This document shows, piece by piece, positions 24,736 to 37,585 of a stretch of DNA of 64,000 bases. The DNA lies in the NCBI GenBank assembly GCA_013265495.1, contig MU058650.1, positions 399,394 through 463,393 of the forward strand, given 5' to 3'. Within the stretch, counting starts at the first letter, position 1. Each line of letters begins with the position of its first letter. Both the position numbers and the translations under genes were made by a program. Source of the DNA: Vicugna vicugna (taxonomy: Eukaryota). The notes below the pieces were generated by a model that made no database searches, was not told the DNA's origin, and worked only from the letters and a program-made list of their open reading frames with translations.

Positions 24736-25161
24736 AAGTTTTTTTGAATGCAAAATTCAGGACCACCGGCATAAGAATCACCTAGATTAGTACTAAATTA
24801 GTACTAAAAATTAGATCTAAATTAGTACTAAAAATTAGATTTCCAGGCCCCATCTAGATCTACTAAATCAAAATCTAGCTACATACACCCTGCTGTTGAT
24901 AGCAGCAGCATTGATCAGTCTAAAAAATGTGAAGATTCCTCATGTCAGGACTGCTTAAACGAGGAGACAGATAAGTGGAGCAAATGAAAGCACGTGTTTT
25001 GCTTGTATTGTTTTGCTTTGCTGAGTCAACGTTTCTTCATTGACTTCCGCTTGGAGGAGGCAGTGGGGATTGAACCCGGGACCTAGGTATAAGGCCCACC
25101 TATTGGCATTCTCACATGCTTCCAGGTAAATTTTATGATTCTCAAAGTTTGAAGACTTCTG
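24736..25161. mobile_element. MER5A-like hAT-Charlie MITE, interrupted at 24879-25082
   Basis: GGACCACCGGCATAAGAATCACCT...TTCCAGGCCCCATCTAGATCTACTAAATCAAAATCT joins to AGGCCCACC...CCAGGTAAATTTTATG...AAAGTTTGAAGACTTCTG. Confidence 0.7.
25053..25084 (-). mobile_element. Vic-1-type SINE fragment (B-box portion)
   Basis: Reverse complement AGGTCCCGGGTTCAATCCCCACTGCCTCC matches the other copies in this window. Confidence 0.6.
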
Positions 25162-26345
25162 GTGTATGCTGTGAGTTACAAATGTATAAAATTCACCCAG
25201 ACATTCACTTGTTTAAAGAGCCAATAAGCCTTCAGAATGGAGAAAAGCACTTGTACCCTGAACTCCAGCCATTCCCACATAACCCTTGTCTGGCCTCCTC
25301 CTTCACCATGGGGACAATAAACTGTCCTTATTTGTCAGAACTTTAGATTAAAATTCCTAGCCACCCTCTCCCCGTCCCTGCACACATACCCCAAATGCTG
25401 AGAATCACCTGGCACAGTAGGTAATCAATGATGCAAAGTTTGTTGAGTACAATTAAATACATCCAAGTGCATGGTGCATACATGTTTTACTAATTCACAT
25501 GGAAACAAGTTTAACTAAGGACTTACCGATAAAGCTACTTCAAAAAAAATCCCTTCATTCTTGAAAAAAAAAATCTGTCTAATTACACTCACTTAACTGA
25601 TATTTCTGACCCAAATACTACTTCTTTCAAGGATGTCTCTACAGCGCTCAGCTGATTCAGCACTGGAAAAGAGGTCGCGGATATAAATAGAACAGTGATT
25701 TGGCCTGGGAACTAATCCCAAATGAGGAACAGTGGATTCCAAATAACTGCCTGACAAAGAAAACTCTTCTTCTGATAAAACTCTCGGCAGATCTGTTAAC
25801 GTAAATTCTAGTTCCTGCCCGAGAATCTCAATCATGTGGAAAACACTATTGCCAGGCCCTAGGTTGTTTATCATACGGGTACTGAATACTGAGGCACATT
25901 AGCAAGTACACCTGTGTAAGTTCCCATTCAAAATTTTGTTGTAAATCCTCAAGTTAGACGTGGAAACTGAAAATTTATTTCTTCTATGAGTAGATTGTCC
26001 TGTAACACCTTTAAAAATAGGGTCCTAATATCCACATTCATCCATCACTATCATTGTAATTTACTCCATGTTTCAATCAACATGAATAACTCAATGTTCT
26101 CCTCAAATTTTCTGTACCTTCCACTACCTGTGTTTATACTCAGAGTTACTGCTCTACTTGGAATCCATCCATCACTGTTTATAAAATAATTATTGAGTCT
26201 ATTATTTTTAAAGAAAAGTTTTCCAGAGATTCCTGATTTACTAGAACTTTAAATGTGTCCCCAGAGTATGGTGAATGTTTGCTATATTTTCAGTGAACAC
26301 ATAATGAATTCTAAATCGTGTTAGTTGATGTCACAAAAGTGAATA

Positions 26346-27959
26346 GTTTCAAGATTACTATGCTACAGTAATGAGGACAGTGTGCTATCAGTTTGGTATT
26401 TAGGCAAATAGATTAGTGAAACAGAATAGAGAGCCCCAAAATAGACCCCATAAATACAGTCAACTATCAGCTGATATTGGGGCAAAAGCAACACAATGAA
26501 GCACAGATAGTCTCTTCAACAAATCATGCTGGAGTATCTGGGCATCTACGTACAAAGAAATGATCCTAGACACAGCTCTTCTACCCTTCACAAAAGTGAA
26601 CTCACAAAGGAGCAAAGACCTAAATGTAAAATAGAAAACTATAAAACTCCTAGAAGATAATGTAAGAGAATGCCCAGGTGACCTTGGGTATGATGATGCA
26701 TTTTTGGATAACAACACCAAAGACACACTCTATGAAAGAAAGAATTGATAAACTGGACTTCGTTAAAATAAAAACTGCTGCTCTGAGAAAGACATTGTCA
26801 AGAGAATTACAAGACAAGTCACAGACTGGAAGGAAATATTGCAAAAGACACATGTGATAAAGGACTATTATCTAAAATATTTAAAGAACTCAATGATAAG
26901 GAGAGGAACAATCCAATTTAAAACTGTCCTAAGACATTAATATGTACCTCACAAAGAAGATATACAGATGGAAAATAAACATATGAAAAGATGGTGCACA
27001 TCATATGTCATCAGGGAAATGCAAATTAAAACACAATGAGGTACTACTACAAACCTATCAGAATGGCAAAAATCCAGAACACTGACAACACTAAATACTG
27101 GCGAGGATGTGGAGCAGCAGGAACTCTCAATCATTGGTGGTGGAAATAAAAATGGTACAGCATATTTGGAAGATAGTATGGCTGTTCTTTTTTTTTTTCC
27201 CATGGAATCTTGTGTTTTATTTTTAGTATGGCTGTTCTTACACAACTAAATAAACTCTTACCATACAATCTATTGAGCGATCACACTTGCTTGGTAGTTA
27301 CCCAAAGGAGTTGAAAACATACATCCATGCAAAAATTTGCTCATGGATGTTTATAGCAGCATTATTCTTAATTGCCAAAACATAGAAGCAACAAAGATGT
27401 CCTTCAGTAGGTAAATGAATAAACACACTGGTACACTCATAGACAATGGAATATTATTTAGCACTAAAAAATGAGCTATCAGGCCATGCAAGACATGGAG
27501 GAATCTTAGCTACATGTCACTAAATGAAATGAGCCAATCTACGTATGCTATACAATCCCAACTGTATGGCATTCTGGAAAAGGTAAAATGATGGCAACAA
27601 TAAAAAGATCAGGTATTGCTGGGGTAGGGGGAGATGCATAGGTGGAGCATAAAGGACTTTTAGGGCAGTGAAAATATTCTGTATGATACTATAATGATGG
27701 ATATAGGTGATTACACATTTGCCCAAGTCCATATAATGTATAATACCGAAAGTGAGCCTAAGGGAAACTATGGACTTTGGGTGATTATGAAGTGTCCATG
27801 TATGTTCATCCTTGGTCACTCATCATTCTAGCGAGTGATGTTGATAATGTGGAAGGGCACTGGATGTGTGCGGACAGTGATACATGAGACACTTCTGCAT
27901 CTTCCTCTCAATTTGATTATAAAGCTAAAACTACTCTTAAAAAAATAAAGTCTTTTTTA
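26346..27959 (+). mobile_element. L1MC-like ORF2 3' end plus 3'UTR
   Basis: L1 ORF2 motifs; 3'UTR with CATTCTGGAAAAGGTAAAA and GGACTTTTAGGGCAGTGAAAATATTCTGTATGATACTATAATG; 11-bp TSD AAAAGTGAATA at 26335-26345 and 27960-27970. Confidence 0.85.
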
Positions 27960-28699
27960 AAAAGTGAATAATGTGGCCCAATTAGAAAATCAAGTGGCAT
28001 ACTTTATTAAGAACTTGTTTGCTAAAGACAGATAATCTAACCTACATAAATCCTACGATATCCAGATATCTATGTAAATACTATCTTTTTATCCCTCCAG
28101 ATTAAGTATAGCTTTAGAAAACAGGTCTCCCTCAGTCTCTCTTCCATGAGTCAAACTTGTCACATGTTTCCAAGTTGATCTTCACACCACATCTTTTATG
28201 AAAGTGTTCCCAGTCCTTCAGTGGGATGTCATCTTTGCTTCTGTTAGACCCCAATAAAGTTTGGTTTCTATATCTCATAGTGCAGTCATTTGTGTCCATA
28301 CTTTATCTACTATCATCCTGTATAGAGTGCTAACTCATTTAACTTTGAAGGCAAGAACAATATTTTAATTATCTTTGTAAGTCAAGCAGGGGCTAGCATC
28401 TTGCTAGCATAGTAGACATTTAGACAGTTAGAGAATTATGACTGAGTCAAATTGAGTTATAAACATTTGTAGGAAGAACCAGCTCAATATAGACAATGAG
28501 TGAATCACCTTTCGAAATCATAGTCATTGTTACGTGACTCCAAAACACTCAATCCAGGTTAAGCCTACATAATTCCAAAACAAGAACATATTCAGGTGAC
28601 CAGGTGATTTGTATGAATAATGATATACAAGCATCTCCATTATTATGTAGATAAAATTGACAACTTCCTTCAGGGTTCCAACATTGACTCAAGCCTCTT

Positions 28700-29395
28700 G
28701 TACATGTCTTGCCAGCCCAAGTAATAGTACTACCATTTCTCAACTAAATTATGGCAATCACATCCTATGTTCTACTTTTTTCCACCCATCCCTCCCAAAT
28801 CTAAATCCCACACTCCTGTTGAAGTGATTTTTATAAAGCAAATCTACTTGTGTCATTCCTGTATTCAAAATTCTTCAATGTCTTCACCTTGCTCCTGTGA
28901 TTAAGACCAAAATCATTGAAATAGATGAAATATCTATAGGTTCTACCTCCTACCAACTACTGTACATATAGCTTGTCCTACTCTTCTCTATTCTTTAAGT
29001 TCCACCAATTTGATTTTCATTTAGTTGTTCCAAATTTCATCATGTTCTTTTCTGACTCAAAGCCTTTATATATCCTGACTCCACTGCTTACAATCCTCTC
29101 CTTTCATATCTCTTCTACCTGGTTAACTCCTACTCATCATTTAGATCTCAGTTTAAAGGTCATCTCCTTGGGGTGCCTTCCAACTCCTAGACTATACCAG
29201 GTGTGTCTATTATATGTTCTCATAACACCAAGTAATTTTCCTTAGTCATTCTTATTGCAGTTTAAAATTACAGATTTTTGTGAGTGTTCACTAAATGCTG
29301 TTTTCCTGTTTAGACTACAAACTCTATGAAGGCAGGGTTCATTTCTACTTTCTCACTACTTGGTGCCTGATACGGTAAGTGCTCAGGTAACTTAT
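28700..29395 (+). mobile_element. L2 3' relic
   Basis: CCTACTCATCATTTAGATCTCAGTTTAAAGGTCATCTCCT and TAGACTACAAACTCTATGAAGGCAGGG...GTGCCTGATACGGTAAGTGCTCA. Confidence 0.7.
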
Positions 29396-29416
29396 TTTTT
29401 TAAAATATAAACAGGT

Positions 29417-29935
29417 GAAAGTGGTTGGTAAAGTTTTGGACTTCCTTAAGGTCTTGCAGTCTGGAGACCATCCAGAGTAGCCTTCTGGAATGGAAAAGCC
29501 TGAACAACGCTAAACCTACCACCTCTTAGCTTTATGATCTCAAACAAGTTGTTTATCTTTTGTTTAAAAGAAATAACAAGCCCAAATGAAGTCATTTGCC
29601 TCCATGACAGCAAACTAAGACTTAATTGCAATTTCAACTTCTTCTGGAATTTGAACAATCTGAAATTTCCTGACCAGCAATGTGAAGCAATCTGTCTAAT
29701 GAGACCTCTGCCACTCCCTACCTCACAAAAGAAAACGACCTGACCTTAAACGATTCATTCACTTATTTTGCTAAAAACACCTTGTCTCACCCTCCTTCTT
29801 CCTATAAAACCCCTCTGTTTTGTACAACTCCTTGGAGTGCCCATCTAGTCACTAGATTTGATGCTGCCCAATTCATGAATCATCAAATAAAGCCAATTAG
29901 ATCTTCAAATTTACTTGTTGAATTTTGTCTGTTAA
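29417..29935 (+). mobile_element. ERV1 solo LTR (MER34/MER39-like group)
   Basis: TGAAAG start, CCTATAAAA box, GATGCTGCCCAATTCATGAATCATCAAATAAAGCCAATTAGATCTTCAAA end region. Confidence 0.65.
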
Positions 29936-31288
29936 GTCTCACTTTCTTCTGTGAAAAGGAGATAATACCCTTTTTACAAGCTTGCTGAAAAGATTAAATA
30001 AGATAACTTTATACCTCTCTAGTGATAACTATAATTTTAATTAATTATTAACTGACTGTATAATTTTTGTTTAATATCTATATCCAGCACTCAATTATAA
30101 GCACCTTGGAATATGAATCATGCCTGTGATGGAGGCTATAGTTAAAGATGTAAGAGTTGATGGAATTGAGATAAAAGAAGTTTATTTTAAAAATAGTGTA
30201 TTTGAACAGGCTTTATGTAAGAAGGTTGTGTCCATCTTGCCTGACTGTGTTGTGGGAATGGACATTGTGTCTCACTGGGGGGTGGTTCCCCCTATGTGGT
30301 ATTGTAAGACAGGGCATGTAAAATCGCTCTTCAGGTAATGTTAATTGAAGATGCGAAGAGAGCCAATAGGGTTACCTAAACCCACACAACATGAAGTGGA
30401 AACTGGAAACTGATAGTTGGGGGCTGACAGAAGCAATAGTGAAAGCTTTTTGCCCCTAAGGTGAATTAGTCTGAAATTAACTTCTGTGTTCAGAAAGAGG
30501 GCCTTTATTAAATTCCTTGTACAGGGTTTTTGAAAGTATGATACATTGAACCGTGAAATTCTACAACATAAAAAAATTTTTATTTCTATTTTAGTTGGAA
30601 AAGATTCTCACTGAAAGAAGCAAAACTGTCGAAATCTAATTGGATGGGTGGATTAGCCTTTGACATAATTTAGGCAGCAACCCAGTTCTTTGGGGAATTA
30701 AAAGTAACCGTCTTCTTGCAAATCTCTACAAAATGGGAAATGTAAACACAGCCCACATCACCTAGACTGATGCCAGTTAGACTCAACTGCACAGACCTGA
30801 AACCAGAATAAAAGGGGGGGGGGGATGAGGACTTAAGCTGGTAACTTTAACTTATTCTATTATTTATAAACTACTGAGTTTTATATTATTACATCAGATT
30901 CATAACTAAAATTTTAAATAAAAGCTATTAAATCTCTGGTTATGCTTGTCTATACATGTGTATGTACATTAAAATATATTTTTCTACCTTTTGATATTAT
31001 TACTAAAATTAATTTGTAAAACAGCTCTATTTAAATTGGCTTAAAAGTGAGCACTTATGAATTAAATATTTCTAAATCTCAAAAGTATTATGTAAACTAA
31101 CCCTAATGTTTTTCAAATTCATGTGATCTAGGATAAAGAGCAAATTTCAATTTTTTATTTTAGTTAAAATAGGCATGTCTTTACAGTTATCAGCATTAAA
31201 TGTAAAACTTATTCTACCTAGGTTTACTAGAAGTCACGTAAGTTATGTTTTAGCTCTGTTACAAAATTTGTAAGCAAGAAGAATGAAC

Positions 31289-33133
31289 AAAATGCTTAGG
31301 AATAAAACTAACCATAGAGGTGAAAGACTTATATGCTGAGAACTATAAAACACTGATAAAGGAAACTGAAGATGATTGAAAAAAATGGAAAATTACCCCA
31401 TGCTCTTGGATTGAGGGAATTAGTACTATTAAAATGGTCATACTACCCAGAGCAATCTACTGATTTAATGCAATCTCTATCAAGTTAACTATGATATTTT
31501 TCATAGAACTAGAACAAATAATCTCAAAATTTATATGAAACCACAGATGACCCAGAATTGTCAAAACAATACTGAGGAAAAAGAACAAAGCTGGAGGAAT
31601 AACCCACCCAGACTTCAGACAATACTACAGAGCTACAGTAATCAAAAGAGGGTGGTATTGGCACAAAAACAGACACATGCATCAATGGAACAGAACAGAG
31701 AGCCCAGAAATAAATCCACACACCCATGGTCAATTAATCTTTGACAAAGGAGGCAAGAATATATGGAGAAAAGACAGTCTCTGACAAGTGGTGTTGGGAA
31801 GGTTGGATAAGTCACATATAAATCAGTGGTTAGAACATTCTCTCACATCATAGATAAAAATAAACTCAAAACTTGTTTAAAGACCTAAATATAAGATATG
31901 ACACCATAGAAATCTGAGAAGAGAACATAGGTAAAACATTCTCTGACAAATGTGTTTTCTTAGTTCAGTCTACCAAGACAAAAGAAATAAAAGGAAAAAC
32001 CATAGAACTCAAACCTAATCAAACTTATAAGCTTTTGTGCAGCAAAGAAAACTATAAACAAAACAAAAAGACAACTTACAGACTTGGAGAAAACATCTGT
32101 AAATGATATGACCAACAAGTGCTTAGTTTTCAAAATATACAAATAGCTCATATAGCTCAGTATCAGAAATGGGCAGAACTAAACAGACATTTCTCCAAAG
32201 AAGACATACAGATGGCCACCACGCACATGAAAAGATGCTCAACTTCACTACTTATTAGAGAAATGCAAACCAAAACTATGAGGTATCACCTCACACTGAT
32301 TAGAATGACCATTATCAAAAAGTCCATGAACAATAAATGCTGGAGAGTGTGTGCAGAAAAGGGAACTCTCCTATACTACTGGTGGGAATGTAAATTGGTG
32401 CAACCACTATGGAAAACATTCTGGAGGGTCCTCAAAAAACTAAAAATAGAGTTACCATATGATCCAGCAATCCCCTTGCTAAGCATATATCTAGAAAAGA
32501 TGAAAATTCTAATTGAAAAGATACATGCGCCCCAGTGTTCACAGCAGCACTATTTACAATAGTCAAGACATGGAATCAACCTAGGTGTCCTCTGACAGAT
32601 GAATGGATAAAGATGTGGGATATTTATACAATGAAATATTATTCAGCCATAGAAAAGAATGAAATACTACCACTTGCCACGACATGGATGGACCTAGAGA
32701 TTATCTTACTGAGTGAAGTCAGACAGAGAAAGACAAATATTATACCATACCACTTATATGTGGAATCTAAAATAAGAATAGAAATAAACTTATTTACAGA
32801 ACAGAAATAGACTCATAGACACAGAAGATAACCTATGGTTACTAACAAGGAAAGGGGGTAGGTGAGATAAATTAAGAGTATGGGATTAACAGATACACAC
32901 TACTATATATAAAATAGATAAACAAAAAGGACTCACTGTATAGCACAGGAAACTATATTCAATATCTTATAATAACCTATAATGGAAAAGAATCTGAAAA
33001 AGAATATATATGTTCTTTTATATGTATATTTTTATATATAGTGACACATATATGTATGGATAAATAAATCATTGCTGTACACAATATTGTAAATCAACTA
33101 CACTTCAATTAAAAAATAAAGAAAAAATAAAAA
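31289..33133 (+). mobile_element. L1 ORF2 3' part plus 3'UTR
   Basis: ORF 32119-32562 ([10 protein letters not shown]...HMKRCSTSL...YHLT...[10 protein letters not shown]) is the L1 ORF2 C-terminal domain; frameshifted; A-rich tail 33111-33133. Confidence 0.92.
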
Positions 33134-34251
33134 AGATTCATTAAAAGTACTTTTTGACAAATACAGGTTTCTGATAACTTTCATATACCACTGAACTGCA
33201 TAAAAATGTAGAGAGCTCTATGGAAAAGCTAATGGCTTCATAAAACCACTAACAAAACATCATGATCAATAAGAATTAATTATAGACTGAATGAACTGTT
33301 GAGTAGGATTATAATTTTACGACACTTTATCTGAAACATTATTGGCTTTTTAAATCTTTGTTTTCCAGATATAAAGAAATCTTTTCTCTCATACCATGAC
33401 TTACAGCAATTTGGTAAATTATACCTTTATAAGCAGAATTGAAATATCTATCTTTGTTTCTCGCTACCTGATCCCTCCAGAATTTGGAATCTCTTAGTGA
33501 GCATTCTTATTTTTATGGCAATTTGTTAATTACATAAATTCACCAAAATCGGTTCCCCTTGTAACAGGAGACAACTGGAAACACTGGTCATGTTACCAAG
33601 TCTTTGACTGGAGTGTCATAACTGAGTGAAACATGCCTAGACTCAAATATGATCAGACAGCTTTAAGGAACTAAGACTGACTTTGTGGAGCCATAAAGCT
33701 CCTTGGAAAAACAGCCTGATTTCCTACAGGATCCCCAGCAGCCTTACCAGGTGAATAAGGAAGACCACTTCTTGGCAGGAGCAAGAACCTCGCGATATTT
33801 GGGGATCTTCAAGAAGAGAGGAATTCACCCAAATCTATAGGACTTACACAGAAGTACGATGACAAGGCCTGGGCATGGCCTCCTGGCTTCAAGGGGCATT
33901 TAAAAGTTCAATCTGGACATTCCTTATGAAAAGTCCAGCAAAGCATATTTAAATGATCCTAAATGGATAATTGCTATTCTTTTGGACTTATGTAAATAAT
34001 CAGGACAATTTTAATGAAACTAAACTGATTTTGAAAACCAGTTAGTCTTAATTGGACTATCTTTGGTAGAAATGAGAGTGGTCTTAGGGAGAAAAAAAAT
34101 GTGTTTCAGCAGAAACTATAATACACAGTTATGAATGTTTGATTGTAGTTCCATTAATTATCTTTGAGGATTTATTTTTCCAAATATAAACCACAGTGGA
34201 GCCTAAATTCTTCCAGTTTCCTCAAATATTTGGCTACAACTGTTCAATCTA

Positions 34252-34479
34252 TTTTTTTTAATTTTTTATTGAAGTATAGTCAGTTTACAACGCTGTGTCA
34301 GTTTCTGGTGTACGCACAATGCTTCAGTCATACGTGAATATACATATATTCATTTTCTTATTCTTTTTCACCATGAGCTACTATAAGGTATTGAATATAT
34401 TTCCCTGTGCTATACAGGATAAACTTGTTTATCTGTTTTACACATGCCAGTCAGTATCTGCAAATCTTGAACTCCCAGT
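34252..34479 (-). mobile_element. Young short L1 3'-end insertion
   Basis: Perfect 15-bp TSD CAACTGTTCAATCTA (34237-34251, 34480-34494) and a T-tract tail. Confidence 0.9.
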
Positions 34480-35036
34480 CAACTGTTCAATCTAATGTTT
34501 CCAGTTTTTCTCCCAATTTTGACTTGAAATCACTGAGAACTAAATCTGCCCTTTCCCTGAAGCCCTGAAAACCAAAGCTGAATAGCTTGAAATAAACTTA
34601 AAAGAGATCACCACAATAGCCCATGTGTAGACAATCTTTGTTTCTGTTACTGTATAAGCGACTCAGAAAGTTTAACTGGAACACCAGATGACATCACCAG
34701 AGACATTTCAAACTAGAAATGATACCTTGAGGCTGACATTTTAAAAATCTTCTTGACTGGCGGCTCTCAGGATTCAGACACTGGGTTTATAATTTTCTCC
34801 AGCCATTATCCTTTGTTCCTCTTTTGTATCCATAGAAATGCTGTTTATTAAATACCTGACTGCTTGTACTCTATAGGCCTAACTTTGAGAGCCCACTTGC
34901 TTTATCACCTGCAGAAATGAGTAACAGAACTGACCTGCTATCAGGACTAAGAGAGCGGCTCAGCGAGTTATAAAGTGATCGATCAACTCAATTTCTGGAC
35001 TCTGACACTTCTTAGAGGAAATTTCAAAGGAAGAAC

Positions 35037-35467
35037 TGTAGAGGAACAAAACATGCCACCCCAAAATGTTGCTGTGGCATTTGACATTTTGAGGGGTAAA
35101 CAATCAAGGCCCAAAAGTGTCAGGAGGACAGCTGGACCTTCCCTCTAACTGCCAGAAGAACCTATATAGAGAACTTGTTTCAGGAAGGGAGCTATCAACC
35201 TAGGTAAGTGTAATATTAACTAGGTGTGGCAGGTATGAGGAACTTGACAAAATCTGTTAAAATTCCTCTCTGTGTCCCATTGTCTCTGTATGGCCTGGTA
35301 AACATTTGTGTACCAAACATTTTCTTTTCCTTCTCCATGTTAATTGCGTACCTCCTCTTCGAGGTACCAAACCACTATCCCTAAATCTTTTTTTGTCTTT
35401 AGCTGAAGATAGTATTTAAGGTAAAGATTTCAGCCATTTTGGTAAGTTACTGTTTTCCCTGGTTTCT

Positions 35468-35505
<38 letters not shown>

Positions 35506-35611
35506 AAATTTTTGTTTGATTTTCTCCTGTTCATCTGTCTCACACTAATTTAATTTTTAGACCAGCAAGAAGAACCAGGAAGGGTAGAGAAACATTTCTT
35601 TCTCCCAGATA
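35037..35611 (+). mobile_element. MER34-like ERV1 LTR (3' LTR of the internal region)
   Basis: TGTAGAGGAACAAAACATGCCACCCCAAAATG start and GAACCAGGAAGGGTAGAGAAACATTTCTTTCTCCC end. Confidence 0.75.
35470..35502. repeat. (TG)16 microsatellite inside the LTR
   Basis: Directly visible perfect array. Confidence 0.95.
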
Positions 35612-35765
35612 TGTCTTACTTACCACTATGCCCCAATATCTAGATTAATACTTAAAACACAGTACGTGACCAATAATTATTTGTTGAAGATAAATCAATA
35701 AATATATACACAGAATTTAGCATTGTACTTGCAAATATTAGTCATTCAACAATTACCAGTCCTAC

Positions 35766-36123
35766 CCATAGACTCAATTTTTGTGTCCCCTCTAAAGTTC
35801 CTATGTAGAAATCTAATCCCCGGTGTGATGGTATTTGGATGTGGGACCTTTGGGAGATGACTCAGTCATGAGGGTGGAGCCCTTATGAATCAGATTAGTG
35901 CCCTTATAAAAGAGACCCCAGAGGGCTCCCTTGCCCCTTCTACCATGTGAGCAAGAAGACAGCCATCTATGAACCAGGAACTGGGCCTTCACTAGACACT
36001 CAATCTGCTTATGCCTTGATGTTAGATTTCCCAGCCTTCAGAGCTGTGAGAAATAAGTTTTTGTTGTTTATAAGCGACCAAGTCCATGGTATTTTTGTTA
36101 TAGGCGACTGAATGGGCTGATAC
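35766..36123 (+). mobile_element. MLT1A-like MaLR LTR
   Basis: GTGTGATGGTATTTGGATGTGGGACCTTTGGGAG, GATTAGTGCCCTTATAAAAGAGACCCCAGAG and CCAGCCTTCAGAGCTGTGAGAAATAAG. Confidence 0.85.
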
Positions 36124-37394
36124 AATCCCCGTCCCTTCCCCACAGCAAATTCCCAAGACACTGTCTGACCTTTGTTTTCTTTCACATGAATGACTCCAGA
36201 CGGAGCCAACTGCTTGCATTTTTCATTAGTTCACTGCTATTTTCCATAGATATTGTTATTATTTTGAATTATGAATAGAAAAAATTCCCACAATAATTTT
36301 CTGAGCACATTTTATGTGTAATTGTAACAAAAATGTGAGACCAATACTATTGCTCCTGTTTTATAGAAGCAGAAGTAGGTCTCAGATACGTAATGTGACT
36401 TCAGTGATGAGAAGAGAAAATAAGGTTTTCAAGTTTGATATCCAATACATTTTCCCCTGCACTTAACTATCACTGCACAGTCATAAATGTACAAGGACCT
36501 CAACAATCCTCACCTGGCCTCTCCCTATGGTCAGAGGACCTTTTATCAGAGTTGAAATATGTCCTATGGTTTATAAGGCAGTGACAACAGTAATGGAACG
36601 TGGTGAGTGGAAAAGAGAAAAATGCAAAGTTTTCCTTTTATGACACAAGAAAAAAATCTACACAATAGCAAAGGAAAATATGAAATTAAAAAATATTGCC
36701 TTGAACTATCTTAAGAACAGCATTATCTTAACAGGTGGCTTTCATAGACTACGTACATGCACATACACACACACAAACACCTGGATCAACCGTCTAACAA
36801 GAATTTTGCTTCAGCTGATTTTTTGCTGCTTTCCAGCTTGTTCAAAACCATGTTAACCATTTCAAAACTTGAAAAATGCATCAAAATGTATGCACATTTG
36901 CAATCAAATACTTGAATTTAAGAAATCAAAGTCTCATTTTTCCACCTTAAATATGTCTACAAAAATAAATAAACCCATATTATTTTAAACTCGCCATATA
37001 TGAATAATCTTTTAATAGGGTGCTTTGATAGGGTTGATTTGTGCTTTGGGAACAGTTTCCTAGCCAGCTACATAATTCCAACATAGAGTATTTAGAATTT
37101 TACAGTCCTGTAGAATGAAGTGAACTTTGAGAATTTAGTCTACCTGTCCCATCAAAAGATTATAGCTTGTGTTTGAATTACTCCAGTGACCAGACCATAC
37201 GGCTCCAGACAACAATTTCATTGTTGGAAACACTGACTTTCATAAGGATGTTCTACTGTGCTGAAATTACTTTTTAAATTTCTGCCTACAGATCCTCTTT
37301 GGCCTCCTGAAGCCAAAACAGGCAAGACTCTATGAAGTCTAACAAATACTCAAAAAATAGTGCAGACATGTTGAATGCCTTATAAAAAGAGAGA

Positions 37395-37585
37395 TAGTTA
37401 TAAACTTCTATATATAAAATAAATATATAAGGATATATTGTACAACATAGCAAACATAGCCAATACTTTATAGCAACTATAAATGAAGCATACCCTTTAA
37501 AAATGAGTCATTGTGTTGCACACTGGAAACATATAATATTGTAAATAAATGATATCTTAATTTTTTTTAAGAAAAAAGGAAAAAG
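37395..37585 (+). mobile_element. L1 3'-end fragment
   Basis: AAGGATATATTGTACAACATAG...AATATTGTAAATAAA terminal motifs. Confidence 0.7.

Larger units (their letters stand above)
30125..35036 (+). mobile_element. Decayed non-autonomous ERV internal region (MER4/MER34-int-like) interrupted by two L1s
   Basis: Protease-like relic LPDCVVGMDIVSHWG (ORF 30120-30338); AT-rich internal blocks such as TACCTGATCCCTCCAGAATTTGGAA and GAGAGGAATTCACCCAAATCTATAGG; purine tract TTTCAAAGGAAGAAC before the 3' LTR. Confidence 0.6.
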
